Source of the DNA: Octopus sinensis
Taxonomy: Eukaryota
NCBI RefSeq assembly: GCF_006345805.1
Contig: NC_042999.1
Span: 73,098,001-73,162,000, forward strand
Direction of reading: 5' to 3'
Length of the DNA stretch: 64,000 nucleotides
In this document: piece by piece, positions 14,016-29,040 of the stretch
How positions within the stretch are numbered: position 1 is the stretch's first letter
Layout: each line of letters begins with the position of its first letter
The notes under the pieces: model-generated
Database searches by the model: none
What the model saw: the letters and a program-made list of their open reading frames with translations, nothing else
Told to the model about the DNA's origin: nothing
Program-made: the position numbers and the translations under genes

Positions 14016-14694
14016 GCAGACTACAGCATACACGTGATCACAAAAACACAGATTTCACAACTTGCGAAGTAAACACAACGATGTCACCGGGCACACTGCC
14101 TCATGATGTTACGGACAGAACAACTGTGTTCTGTCGTCTGATTCCTTAGGAAAGGAATGACTAATATAGTCTTAGGCATGATTGTGGATTTAATGCAGTT
14201 GCTTATTAGGATTGACCTAGTATTAAACAACAACAAAAACCACTGTTTGAATATTCTCTCTCATCGACTTCTCCTTCTGGTACGACGTCGAAGTTTCATC
14301 TCAAAGACCACTGCACTTAACACTTTACCTTATTCTTTCTCCCTAGCAACTGTAACATTCTGAAATTCCATCTTCGTCTAAACATTTCCCTTCTTGCAGA
14401 CATGACAGCCGTCCTACCATTGAATGCCTGTCATGTCTAGAGGAGATATTGGTTCGTGTCCTATGAACAGCTTTCGACTCTTTCAATCAAAATATTTACA
14501 CGCTATCATTCATAGCATTACCGAACTTCGAGGTTCAGTTCCAAAATAACGGCAGCCGTCAAACCTGGACACAGAACTGTGAGGAAGTGAAAGTAAAGGA
14601 AATGCGGCAAACTATATTTCTAGAGCTTAACAAAAACGGAATCCTTTTCTATTCAGGAAAATCTCTTCTATTATGATCCCGTTCACACTTTGAA

Positions 14695-14830
14695 TGATGT
14701 ATGTTTGCTTGTATGTATGTGTGTATGTATGTATGCAAGTATGTATGTATGTATGTATGTATGTATGTATGTATGTATTATGTATGTATGTATGTATGTA
14801 TTTATGTATGTATGTATGTATATATGTATG

Positions 14831-14907
<77 letters not shown>

Positions 14908-15158
14908 GTCTCTATAAATATGTATGTATAGACGTGTCTATATATGTGTCTATATTTGTGTGTGTAAATATATATATATATGTATATATAAACATGTATA
15001 TATATATATGTGTGTATGTGACTGTACATATATGTATATATATATATGTGTGTATATATATTTGTATGTATATGTATATATGTATATATATGTATATATA
15101 TATGTCTATATTAGTTTGTATTTATACATATATGTATATGTGTATATGTATTTGTATG

Positions 15159-15200
<42 letters not shown>

Positions 15201-15250
15201 CATGATATATAATTTATGTATATATATATATATGTATGTATGTATTTATA
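14695..15250. repeat. Compound microsatellite (TATG)n/(TATC)n/(TA)n
   Basis: Direct reading. Confidence 0.95.
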
Positions 15251-15549
15251 TTCACACATACTCCATACATTTATTGGTAAACAAAGCCAATGAAAAACGT
15301 TGTGAAGGTGTAGGTGAACGAACGACGGCAGTTTAATTTGATAAAAATGACGACGGCAAGCAATGTGTCAACGCAAGCAGACGATCAGGAACTGTTAAAA
15401 GTTTACCTTAGCTTCGCAGGCAATGTTTGTTTTAGAAGACAGAATAAATTTACTCTTCCGCACAAATTGGTTGTCTCTTTTCTCTGCAAATCCTTTACAT
15501 ACTTTGTAACGGTATTTATGCATACACTTACAAACATATACAGGTACGC

Positions 15550-15593
<44 letters not shown>

Positions 15594-15774
15594 GCCCACA
15601 CACACACACACGCACGCCCACACACACACACACACACCCTTATAAACACGTTTACTATATTTAAAATTGTTTTTGTACACGAATGTCATCTTTATCACAA
15701 ATATACGTAAAATACGTACTCATAAGAAAACATATACACACATTTATGGGTATTTGCACACGCAGATGCCTGTA

Positions 15775-15883
<109 letters not shown>

Positions 15884-15942
15884 GTCTATCTATAAGCACA
15901 TATACATACATACATACATACATACATACATACATACATACA

Positions 15943-15973
<31 letters not shown>

Positions 15974-16460
15974 GCGCGTGCGCTTGCGTGTGTATAAAAG
16001 AGCTAAAACATGAGTACAAACTGAAAATTCCCAATTTTTCTCTCTTTGATTTCCAAACAAATTCTTCTGAATATTTGATAAGACGGATACATCGAAACCG
16101 GTTATATTTTAAATCACTCACTGTAACAAAAAGATTAAACATTTTCTAAAATATACTTTTGTGCCTTTTCCAACTTTATTTACTTTTTAAAATATATATG
16201 TGTGTGTGTGTGTATGTGTGTGCGTGTGTGTGATTGTACATGTTCGTGTGGTTAGGGCGTAGCATTCACTTCGACACCTGACGAGTGGCAACGCCAATAC
16301 CTGTACAGGTGATGTCAATTTGATAAAGAGTATGAGATTATGTGCAGCACAAACATTTTATCACTATTAACAAATCGTTTGTGGTAGTTATTCAGTATGA
16401 AATTGTAGAACCCTTATTTGTCCGTCTACTACAAGAGAGTCCACGATATACATACATACA

Positions 16461-16494
<34 letters not shown>

Positions 16495-16974
16495 CATACA
16501 GAGATTTATTTATATGCACATTTGTCTATACACTCGCATGTAGACGCATATATACAACTCCCCCCTTCTCTTGCACACACACACATTTCCTCTTCTTCCT
16601 CCCCTTCTAATCTCTCTCCTTATCTCTCCCCACACATATATATGTTGTAATCTAACGTTGGACTGTTATAATGTCCACTCCGTTATAGTAGTATAGTTAG
16701 TTAGACAAGTAAAACACGACTATCAATCACGGACTACCACGATTGCTCGACGTCATAGTATTTGTAGCGACTAACACATACCACTTGTCAAGTGGGATAA
16801 GTGTTCCATTGTTGTTATTATCCCCATAACATCTCCCATTCTAAGTTTTTTTCTGCCAGGGAGTATAATTTTATTTCTTTTTATTAACAATAATTTTTAC
16901 ATCACCCCACCACACATTTTTGAGTTTTTTTGATGCAGTTACAAATATGTTTTCCGTTTGACAATCACTTCCAG

Positions 16975-17843
16975 GAACTCTCCCAAAAATTCGCAACTCT
17001 AACCAAAACCTGAAAGTAATTGGTAATATTCTGCCTTGCACTTAAAGATATAATTTCAGCTAATGATGTTGATATAGATCTCAACCACCTGTACTATGCA
17101 TCTGCGAAAATCTCAACAATTCTATGTGGTGAAAAGATTAGAAAACGACAACATTCCCACAAAAAGCCTACTTGGCAAGAGCGTATTCTAAATTCAGCTA
17201 CTTAGGTCTAACATAGAATGTTAAAAAAACTTTAAGTTTGACAAGACTATCAAATCAACAAAAATCCGAAAATTAAAGAAAAAATATATGAAAACCATAC
17301 TTGACATCGATACCATCATAGAAACTATCAAGCAAAAAGTATGTGCTAAAGCTGCCCGCATAGCAAGATTTGAAAAGCGAGTTAAATTCTTCAAAGACAT
17401 GTTCAAAAATAACCCAAAATATATTTACAGGAAGATAGGGAAAATACTAGTTACAGTGAAGTGTGTCCCATAAAAAGAAGTGAAGGAATTTTGGAATAAA
17501 ATTTGGGCAGAAGAAAAAATACACAATAAAAAGACCCCTTGAATTGATAGAATCCTTCAAAGAGCAAAAATGGGTGGGTATCAAGGTAGAGGATGGAAGA
17601 TCAGCTCTCGGGAAATCAAGCAAATGGAAGTCTCCATGAAAGGATTAAATTCCTAACTTCTGGCTGAATGGCTTCCCAGAGGGTCATGAACTGCTAATAA
17701 AACTTGACAACAATGTTATGCAACAACCTAGTGTGATTCCCTCTTGGCTAGTTAATGGTGTAACATTCCTACTTTCAAAAAATGAAGAAACAAATGAACC
17801 AAAAAATTATCGACTTTTAACTTGCATAATAACAATGTATAGA
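16975..17843 (+). mobile_element. R4/Dong-like non-LTR retrotransposon fragment
   Basis: Frameshifted remnants KPTWQERI, ETIKQKVCAKAARIARF, FKNNPKYIY, EVKEFWNKIW, PNFWL and PSWLVNGVTFLLSKNEETNEPKNYRLLTC (start of RT). Confidence 0.85.
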
Positions 17844-17844
17844 G

Positions 17845-18040
17845 GGGACGAACTAGGACAGACAAACGGATTAAGTCGATTACATCGACCCCAGTGTTTC
17901 ACTGGTACTTAATTCATCGACCCCGAAAGGATGAAAGACAAAGTCAACATCGGCAGAATTTGAACTCAGAACGTAGCAACGGGTGAAATACCGTTATGCA
18001 TTTCGCCCAGCGCGCTAACGATTCTGCCAGCTCGCTGCCT
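17845..18040 (-). mobile_element. SINE family B
   Basis: Reverse-complement match; truncates the R4/Dong fragment. Confidence 0.8.
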
Positions 18041-18219
18041 AATAATAATAACTGATTCTCTGTCTGAAAAAGTATTACTCATAGGAGATGCCTTACATTT
18101 TTTATTACTCTATGTACAGTTTTGTAACTTCTATTAGCAAATGAAACATCTATAATGGTGAATAGATAATACCAAAAATTTTTCTTATTTCCTGCTTGCA
18201 TATATATTTTTCCCTTGGA

Positions 18220-18284
18220 GAATGTCTGAAGAATCCTCAATATTACCAGGTGCAATGACCGACTCGAAACCGTCGGTAACATTC
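18220..18284 (+). ncRNA. Degenerate type I HHR motif
   Basis: GAATGT-CTGAAGA...GACTC-GAAA-CCG(T)CGG-TA|ACATTC; perfect 6-bp stem I and palindromic stem III, decayed stem II. Confidence 0.5.
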
Positions 18285-18701
18285 TAACTAGTCATATGGC
18301 ATAAAATATGTGTATGTATGTGTGTGTGTGTGTGTTTGTGTGTGTGTGTAGAGAGAGAGAGAGAGGGAGAGAGTGAGAGAGAGCACTCATATGAGCGTGT
18401 GCGTGTTTGTATCTCCTATCAGAACAAAGTGTTTTCATAGCACGATCAAGTTGTCAAAGTTAAATATGTAACCCTAATGTTAGTTTTGTCCAAGTTGCGG
18501 CTAATTCCAGGTCAAATAATGTTTTCTCTTTTGATTAGGCAAAAAACCGATTTCAGAAAATGAGGAGGTGTAGTTGAAACAGGTTGACTTCAGTATTTTA
18601 ATTGTATTTATTTGACCCACAGTTCAGTTCATTTTATGTGTGTGCATCTGTGTTTGTGTGCGAGAATTTCCAATCGAATGATCGTATAGTCCACCATCCC
18701 C

Positions 18702-18780
<79 letters not shown>

Positions 18781-19090
18781 GAAACTCTATTTACTCGATG
18801 CAGCTATATTCGGTTTATCGTCTCCTGGCATGTCTGCCAGCCAGGTGTTTCAAGTTTCGCTTCTACGAAGAAGACAGGTTGTACTAGGCTAGTACATACA
18901 ACACAACCAGTCTTCGACGCACAGAGTCGCGTTGAAGCACCTGCTGAAATTTCATAGACACAATATACAGTGTGTGTGTGTGTGTGTGTGTGTGCGTGCG
19001 CACATGTTATCATATGGGTGTTTACGCGCACACACACACATACATATATATATATATGGATAAATTAAGAAATGAAGTCAAACGCAGGTG

Positions 19091-19166
<76 letters not shown>

Positions 19167-19181
19167 CGTATATATGTATAT

Positions 19182-20480
<1,299 letters not shown>

Positions 20481-20625
20481 GTATAGTTGAATTTACAAAA
20501 AAAAAACAAAAGGCGAAGACGGTTTTGTAGACAACAAACAGATGTGAGAAAGTCTTTTATGTTTCGAGCCTACGCTCTTCGACAGAAAGGAACACAGAAA
20601 TAAACAGGGAGAGAAAATAGAACAC
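20481..20625 (-). mobile_element. Solo terminal repeat of PLE-A family (family 2)
   Basis: Matches 11753-11910; abuts (TA)n. Confidence 0.8.
20554..20589 (-). ncRNA. HHR-like motif, family 2 (A6U), stem III mismatch
   Basis: CTTT-CTGTCGA-A-GAGC(GTAG)GCTC-GAAA-CA-TA|AAAG. Confidence 0.5.
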
Positions 20626-20785
20626 AGACCCCCCCACACACACATATATATATGTGTGTGTGTGTGTGTATAAACACATACATATAATTACATGTGGTAT
20701 CCATTTTATTGAATGAAAGGCAAAGTAAATCTCAGTGCGATTTAAACTCAGAACTTTTAGAGATATAGTCTGATACACATATATA

Positions 20786-21395
20786 CGAGGTGGCACCAAA
20801 ACGTAACTGGAAACAGTCTCTGTAGTTCAAGCTTCCGACTCTAGAAGCCACTTAATGCGATCCCCAGGCATCAGTCATCCTGTGTAGTCGTACTGCCATG
20901 TGATGCGTCTTTGTTTTGCAGTGCTTTTCTCCTGTTCATCGATTTTTGCGATGGTTGAAACGAAGAAACAGCGTGTTTCTGTGAAATTCTGTTCTCTGCT
21001 GGGGAAAACGGTGGCCGAAACAGTTGTCGTACTTCACACAGCTTACAAGGACGCTGCTGTGAGCAAAACACAAGTTTACGAGTGGTTTCCACGCTTTAAG
21101 AATGGTTACTTGCCGCTTGAAAACCAATCTCGTTCAGGACAACCGTCGACCTCCCAAACGAATGAAAACAACATGAAAATTCACGAACTGATCTTGGAAG
21201 ACCGTTACCGAACAATTGGCAAACATGTTGATATGGTTGGTGCGTCCTGGAGCTCCTGCCAACAAATTTTTTGCGAGGAATTGCGAATGAAAAGAGTTGC
21301 AGCAAAATGTAGGCTTTGCATGCTCACGGAAGATCAAAAGCAGTCACGACTGAATGCGTGTCGTAAACTGAAAGAATAGTTGGAAGTTCTCTCGG
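20786..21395 (+). mobile_element. Mariner 5' half (TIR plus transposase N-terminus, ATG at 20951)
   Basis: TA-cgaggtggcaccaaaa terminus; MVETKKQRVSVKFC..LGKTVAET...VYEWFPRFKNG...RSGQPST...EELRMKRVAAK. Confidence 0.9.
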
Positions 21396-22141
21396 TGTAG
21401 CGATTTTGGATTAATCCCGCCTCATTCTACTTGCCAACCGCTAACTTAAAATTGGTTTCAGATTATCAGCGGCTAGGATGAAACCGATTTCAAATTACCC
21501 CCTATGATTTCAATTAACACTCGTCAAATAAACTCTTTTAATAATCCATCGCCATTGAATAATGTTTCAAATTTTGGCACAAGACCAGCAATATTAGAAG
21601 GAGGGGATTAGTCGATCACATTGACCCCAGTGTTTGACTGCTACTTTATTTTATCGATTCCGGAGTGACGAAGTATAAAGTTGATCTCGGTGCTTTTTGA
21701 ATTCGGCGCAGACGATTCAGTCAGCTCTCTGCCTTCTGTCTACTAGCTATAACTGGAACATTTTTTTATTGATTCTGGAAGAGCGAAAGGGAAAAGTTGG
21801 CTGCTGCGGAATGTGAACTCGGAACGTAAAGAGCGGGAAGAAATACCAACCCTTAAAGCACTACGTTGATCTATCGATTTTTTAATAATGATAGTAATTG
21901 TTTCTAACACAGGCACAAAATCTCAAATTAGCCAGGGAGGGGTTAGTCATACCATTTATCTCATACTTAACTACTACTTTATTTTATCAGCCCCACCGAA
22001 AGGATGAAAGGCAATAGCTATAACAAATACCACAAGGCGTTCTCACGAAACTGGCAATCCACCGTCCTTTTCATAACGGTTTCAAATTTTGGTACAGGAT
22101 CAGCAGTTTTTGAGGGAAGGGAAAAGTCGATTACACTGATC

Positions 22142-23739
22142 CCGGTTGCCTAGTGGTGGTGGGGACAAACATAGACTCTAAGACAGACATATACGCACAC
22201 ACATATGCGACGGGCTTCTTTCAGTTTCCGTCTACCAAATCCACTCGTCTTAACCATTTATTTGAAATAAATACCAGACTGACATGATTATTGAGGACGA
22301 TTTGGACAATTAAACATTCGACAGCGGTGCTCCAGCTTACCCGCTGTCCATTGACTGAAATCACGAACAGGATCAAATAAAACGTGTGTGCGTGCACGAG
22401 TGCATTGCATAAATAAAACAGCCAGCTGAACTGACTGACAGCTCTTCACTTCCACTAGCCAAATATTTAATCGACCCCGAAAGGATGAAAAGCAAAGTCG
22501 GCCGCGGCGGGATTTGAGCTTAGAACATAAAGATTGACTAAGTACCTCAAAGCATTTTGTTCGGCGTTCTAACAGTTCTGCCTGCTGTCGCCTTACATCA
22601 TCCTTTTCGTAATAATAGTATTTCATATTAACATTATAGTATCAAAACAACTGTTAAGCAATAATAATAATAAAAAAAAGATATCTATATAAGTGTATAT
22701 TATATACATCAATTAAAATGTAATCATAGCGGGACATATATATTATTGCTATTATGCAAAAGTGTCGTAAGTCCCAAACGTTGCTTTTTCAGAAAACGAA
22801 ATAGTTTCACCATTCCATAACAAAACCGCTGTACTACACTTTGACAATTTTCGAGATCTTGGTATCTAAAGTAGCTGGAGATACGATAGTTTGACCAAAA
22901 GAATTAGCTATTGCAAGCAAAAATAAATATTGAAAAAAAAATGCATTTGGCCAAATTTGGACATACGACAGTTTAACATAATAGCAATGCTGCGTTCGCT
23001 TTTTTTGACTTGAATATTAGAGTTTACTTTGGCCCACCAGCTCAGTGGTAAGATTGTAAAAAATAAAAAGATGCATTTTTTTAAAGAAAAGAGAGCTTTG
23101 TTCTCTCCGTCATTAGCGTCACCATTCACTCTTCACATTTTAAGAAAGTCTTTCACAGTTCTACCGACCCGGAAAGTGTGATCAACTGTAGAGCTATTTT
23201 CTTCCTTCATATTTTGATCCATATTTTGGTAGTGTCCTGTAGTTCCAATAATAATCTTTTTTATATTTTATCTTTTACTTACTTCAGGCATTAGACTGCG
23301 GTCATGCTGGGGCACCGCCTTGAAAGGTTTTCTGTCGAACAAATCGACCCCAGTACTTATTCTGTCGGTCACGTTTATTGGAACACCAAGTTATAGGGAC
23401 GTAAACACACCAACACCGGTTGCCTAGTGGTGGTGGGGACAAACATAGACTCTAAGACAGACATATACGCACACACATATGCGACGGGCTTCTTTCAGTT
23501 TCCGTCTACCAAATCCACTCGTCTTAACCATTTATTTGAAATAAATACCAGACTGACATGATTATTGAGGACGATTTGGACAATTAAACATTCGACAGCG
23601 GTGCTCCAGCTTACCCGCTGTCCATTGACTGAAATCACGAACAGGATCAAATAAAACGTGTGTGCGTGCACGAGTGCATTGCATAAATAAAACAGCCAGC
23701 TGAACTGACTGACAGCTCTTCACTTCCACTAGCCAAATA
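22142..23739 (+). repeat. Exact 324-bp direct duplication (22142-22465 = 23416-23739)
   Basis: Read base by base; no differences seen; offset 1274 bp. Confidence 0.93.
23270..23520 (-). mobile_element. SINE family A, 3' part
   Basis: cttttacttacttcagg...gacgggcttctttcagtttccgtctaccaaatccactc. Confidence 0.75.
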
Positions 23740-25134
23740 CTAACATTCAGCTTTGTACCTTACTGCATGACCTCTATCAGGTATGTATGTTAACATCTAC
23801 TTCAAGAGCGGCTCTCTTTACAACCGAATCAAGGACCTGCTTGTAACACAGCGAACGCCTTGAGAAGATAAACAAACACTTCAGTAACGAGTGCAACATC
23901 TATCTACATAGCACTTCATACAATCATTCCATTGACCAAGCTTAACACTTTCCATTCGGTAAAAACGACACCTCGCTGTGTATGTGCGTATATGTGTATG
24001 TATATATAACACGTGTCTTGGGTAAGGAGTTCCAGGCTTTTGAGGAGCGTGGAACAACCTCTTAACCACTATTGTTCTCAGATCTACTCTGACCCGGAGT
24101 AGTGGCACCTGTTAGAGTCCCAATTAATAGATTTACTAGCATGTAGACTAAGCCCTGCCTTATCTTCTTTTGTCAAATCCAGAACAGCGACTGTTACATC
24201 AGGCAGCTGCCCTGGTCACACACACCCTTTGCGTCTCTCCGACTTTCGGCAGAAAGTTGTTATTGGCTACAAGAGAACAAAGCTAAGCAAACTAGCTGTA
24301 AAGATGCCTCATTATATATCATAAAAGCTGCAGCGAGCTGCAGCTTGTCCCGACCCCAGTCTTCATTGATCTCCTCCTTGCTATTCGATCAGTCGTGGAT
24401 AAGTCAATTTGTACGGAGAAGGATTGCGCGCCCTTATCATTGGAAACAAATTTTTGCGCAAACTTCGATCGATATAACACGCACACACACGCCCCCCACC
24501 CACAAATATGCATATGTTTATACATGTGCATGCCTGCGTGCGTGTGTGTGTATGTGTGTGTGTGTGTGTATCTGTGTCTGTATATGCGCGAGTGTGTTCG
24601 TGTAAAATACCGCATATTTCCTTTATATCGTCGTCGGAAATAATTACTTATATGGACATTTGTTACGCACTTTCGATATGAATAACTTCGCTAAAACTAA
24701 TTATTATGTAGGTTATGGAGTACGTATTCGTCTTACTACGAGTTTGTGTGCTGCCAGGAAGCTAATACCAATTTGAGATGTTTTTTTTTTTCGAGTTGAA
24801 TGTAAAACGGTGGGGTTTTTTTCGGGTTGAATATAAGACCTGTCTATTTTTCAGTACATCCATCCGTTCTAGCTAGTTTTAGAGAATATTTCTGTCTTTT
24901 TTTTATACCACCTGATGAAAAATACAGTTTTCGAGACAACGTTCGTTTAGCGTAAGACATACTACAAGAAACGTTCATGCATATTTTCATTATATCATAT
25001 ATCGGAAGCTGATATTTTCTGTTTATTCTTTTACTATTATAAAATTGTATAACCTTAAATAATTCTTCACTGGACTTCTCCTGTTTGACCCTTCTGTCCG
25101 GCAGTCGCCATGATAGATCGGTAGCCACTACACA

Positions 25135-25315
25135 CATTTTTTTCTCTCCTTGTTTCTCTCCTTGTTTTTTTTTTCTTCTCTGTGTCCCTTTCTGTAGAAG
25201 AGCGTAGGCTCGAAACGTAAAAGACTTTTTCTATTCCCGAGCGTTATACTTATACATCTGTTTGTTTTTGTACACCACCTGTCTTCGACTTTGGTTTTTT
25301 TCGTGAACTCTCTCC
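25135..25315 (+). mobile_element. Solo terminal repeat of PLE-A family (family 2)
   Basis: Reverse complement of 11753-11910; 3' end runs into (TA)n. Confidence 0.8.
25188..25223 (+). ncRNA. Minimal HHR-like motif with A6U core (family 2)
   Basis: CTTT-CTGTAGA-A-GAGC(GTAG)GCTC-GAAA-CG-TA|AAAG; all stems pair. Confidence 0.6.
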
Positions 25316-25359
25316 TATATATATATATATATACGTATAGATGTATGTACATATACGTA

Positions 25360-25402
<43 letters not shown>

Positions 25403-26049
25403 TATATTATCATATGATTGAACACCACGCATCCTCTTCCAAGTAAGTTTTATCTTAATAATTCTGATGCGCACTATATACGATCTTTTTACTCTTTCGT
25501 TTTTCTCTCTTTCTCTCTCTTATTCTTTTACCTCCTCTTCTCTCACTATTCTATCCTATTACTCTTTCTCCCTCATTCCTCCTCCCTTGTTCACATGGCT
25601 CCCACGTGACCATCGACGATATTCCTTTTTCCTAACTTGTGTTTCTTTCTTTCTTTCTTTCTCTCCGTTGTAGCTGGAACAAGGAAGATGTGTTCTTGTC
25701 TGTCTCCTGTCCAAGCTTGATTTACGTGACCGCCACCACAACCTCTTTTAGGCTCAGCAGCATTTCCTGTTTGTTTTCACTGTCCTGTTTGTGTTACCGA
25801 TTATGACCCTTCCGCAAAATCGTATAGCTGTATGTACATATACGCATGTATATATGCAAATATATATTATTTATATTATATATATAATTGTGAAGGTGTG
25901 TGGTCATATGCATACATACATATAAACATACATACATACTTACACATACACGCGCATATACACACACACGTAAATATACATACAAACATACATACATACA
26001 GTGCACACACATATACATACATACATACATACATACATACATACATACA

Positions 26050-26081
<32 letters not shown>

Positions 26082-27071
26082 GTCAGTTATGTTATCCTAC
26101 GTTAAGAAGATAGTTCAGTCAGTCAAACGCTGGAGCGGTTATGGCTGACACATATAGAGTCTATAAGAAAGGGAAATTGTATGTTTGCGAGCGAGATCAG
26201 TCATTGCATAATCATACGTTACTTGCTACAAAGTTACATACATCCAGCCTCTGCACTTCGCAGTCCGTCATTTACTTCCACGCCAATCGATTATACGAGA
26301 AAACGTAGAAGCTTCAATGAAGAAGCGTCCGTCGTGCTAGTTATAGAAGTCAAATACTTTTTATAATGCATGCTATCTATTTGAATGACTCATAGATTGA
26401 TGTAGTTCTAGATGCAGAATGATCCGTCAAAATACAGGATACTTTCGACTGGAACGCTTTCTTTTTTTATCATAGGTCTGCGCAAACAGGACTGATCTGA
26501 GGTTAAACAACAACTATCTGTAATTGTTGGATGGTGACATGGTGTCATGGTTCTAAGCTAAATTTCTTTACAAATTCTGAATATTGCAATGTATGTTTGT
26601 ATAGAGAATTGGAAGTCTTTCTGTCCCCACCCACCACGAAAATAATAAATAAGCCAACTAAATAACCAAACAAAGCAAGAACAATGTCAACAAGAACAAC
26701 GACAACAACAAGTACAGTTACAGTAACACCAACACAGTTTGGAGAGGGTCCTGCATACGTCATAAATGTGAACTCCCTAACGTATGCTGCTACAAACTAT
26801 TCAAACAATTGGTTTCTTGACACATGTCTAGATGAATGTATATTCATTCTTTCGTTCCGTTAGAATAGCCATTTCGGTTTTCTATAGCAAAGACAAACAA
26901 CGAAAGCAGTTGAATGGGAGAAAATGTAAAAATCTCACTCTGGCCCAAGAGTGAAGGCAACTGACAACGCCAAAGAGCTAAAATGGCGCCTTATACCTAA
27001 GCGTTTTTAGCAATGAACGGTCTATGCATTTTTCAAATATGAAAATAAAATACAACCATAGCGAAATATCG

Positions 27072-27083
27072 ATAATAATAATA

Positions 27084-27136
<53 letters not shown>

Positions 27137-27150
27137 AATAATAATAATAC
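27072..27150. repeat. (AAT)n(GAT)n(AAT)n trinucleotide repeat
   Basis: Direct reading. Confidence 0.95.
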
Positions 27151-27364
27151 TGACACATTCCAAGTATTAAACATTGTCCAGAAATGTGGGAGAAATATGT
27201 CAAAGCGATTGCAGTTGATATATATGTCATAAACTAGTCTTCATTTGAGAGAATATACATTTTTTTTACTAAAAACGTGCACAGTTACATGTATATCACA
27301 TCGACAAAGCTACACACATACATAACAAGTATATAACACTCTTACACAAGTACATACATATGTA

Positions 27365-27428
<64 letters not shown>

Positions 27429-27726
27429 CCAAGAAAGTTAGAGCTTGTGAATCCAACCAACTAAGGGATAATATCTATCCCTTAGATGCTGGTAGAATAC
27501 CCAGTTATTAATGCACAAGTGTTTTTTATTGCATTGCAATTACATTACCGAGTGTACTAAATGAGTGAGGGTAAAGAGTTATTTTGCCATTAATTTATAG
27601 AGAAAGCATATGTTATACATGTATGTATATTGTTGTAATTGTCATTTCAGTAAATAAATAAATTGACATAATATAATGTCTAAAAGTTGATGAATACCAC
27701 CTATTGATCTCCTCCATTTTTTTTCT

Positions 27727-27757
<31 letters not shown>

Positions 27758-27775
27758 ATATATATATATATATTA

Positions 27776-27823
<48 letters not shown>

Positions 27824-28827
27824 ATGTATGTATTTATACAGAAACCGATAAATTCTGTAAAGTCTTGCGTCTTGAAATGTCAAATCTCTTAGAGTTTATT
27901 CAAAATGACCGACAACGTATGCCCATCTGACTGCTGTCATCTCTATCGAACAAGCAACTCTGTTTTATAACAACTTTTATAGCATGTATTTATGTGTGTG
28001 TGATTGTGTGCGCGTGTGTGCACGCGTTCTTTCGTTCGTGCGTGTGTCTGTCTGTCTCTGTGTGCGCACGCGCGCTGTTGCTGTTCTTTGTGAGTTGTAA
28101 AGGTGTCTTTTGAATGCCTCAAACCACCTATGTCTGCCTAAAATGCACAGACTTACGCGCACACGCACAAATATACAAACGTACACGTAAATACACATAC
28201 ACACGTACATACACGTATAAGTATGCACGAACTCATGTATAGGAACGCATGAACACACACTCAAACATGTATATACGTATAAAGGAATATTACCTATGTA
28301 TTTTTATACCTGTAAAAATATGCATGTTTGTGTGTATGTCTGTGTCAGTGTGTACATGTGTCTATGAATAAGCATGTGTACATAAGTATCTTTTCGTTTC
28401 TTTTGTTAGGTTTCACCATTACTACCACTGAAGACATACTGGAAAACCGTATTCAGAACTGAATATCCTTATATCTACCCTGCCGTTTCTGTATATGTCA
28501 AGGGGTCCAATTAGGGAAACAGTTATATAATTTCAGGTACTTAACTGCCAAACTATTGCTATACAGGTTTCTGAAACGAGAATTTGTGGAAGCGAGTTTG
28601 GGAATCAGATCATCTCCCATTCCTCTTGTTCTACCGTGTATGCCAAAGTTTGGAGCAATACCTGAGAGAATCCGCCCCATGGTCGATTTGATGAACAGAG
28701 TGAGCTAATGTGCAACACGAACATTTGATCATTATAAACAAATTATTTGCGCAGGTAGGTCGTTCAGCAAAAGCTGAACACTCATTCGTCGTCTTCGGCG
28801 GGAGAGTTCATTATATATACATATATA

Positions 28828-28943
<116 letters not shown>

Positions 28944-29040
28944 AGGATAAGATCGTTAATTTAAATTAAACAACGATCTTATCAAGTGGCTAGCATGGAA
29001 ATAAAAACCTTCAAAGGTAATAATATTATTAAAATTATAA

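Noticed and set aside
16273-16316. CTGACGA-GTGGC(AAC)GCCA plus the ACCTGTACAGGT palindrome as an HHR
   Set aside because: GAAA is absent, and the related copy near 28655 also reads caatacctg, so a simple deletion is not supported.
24908-24950. CTGATGA-AAAA(TACAG)TTTTC-GAGA-CAACGTT HHR-like string
   Set aside because: GAAA is mutated and there is no stem I partner.
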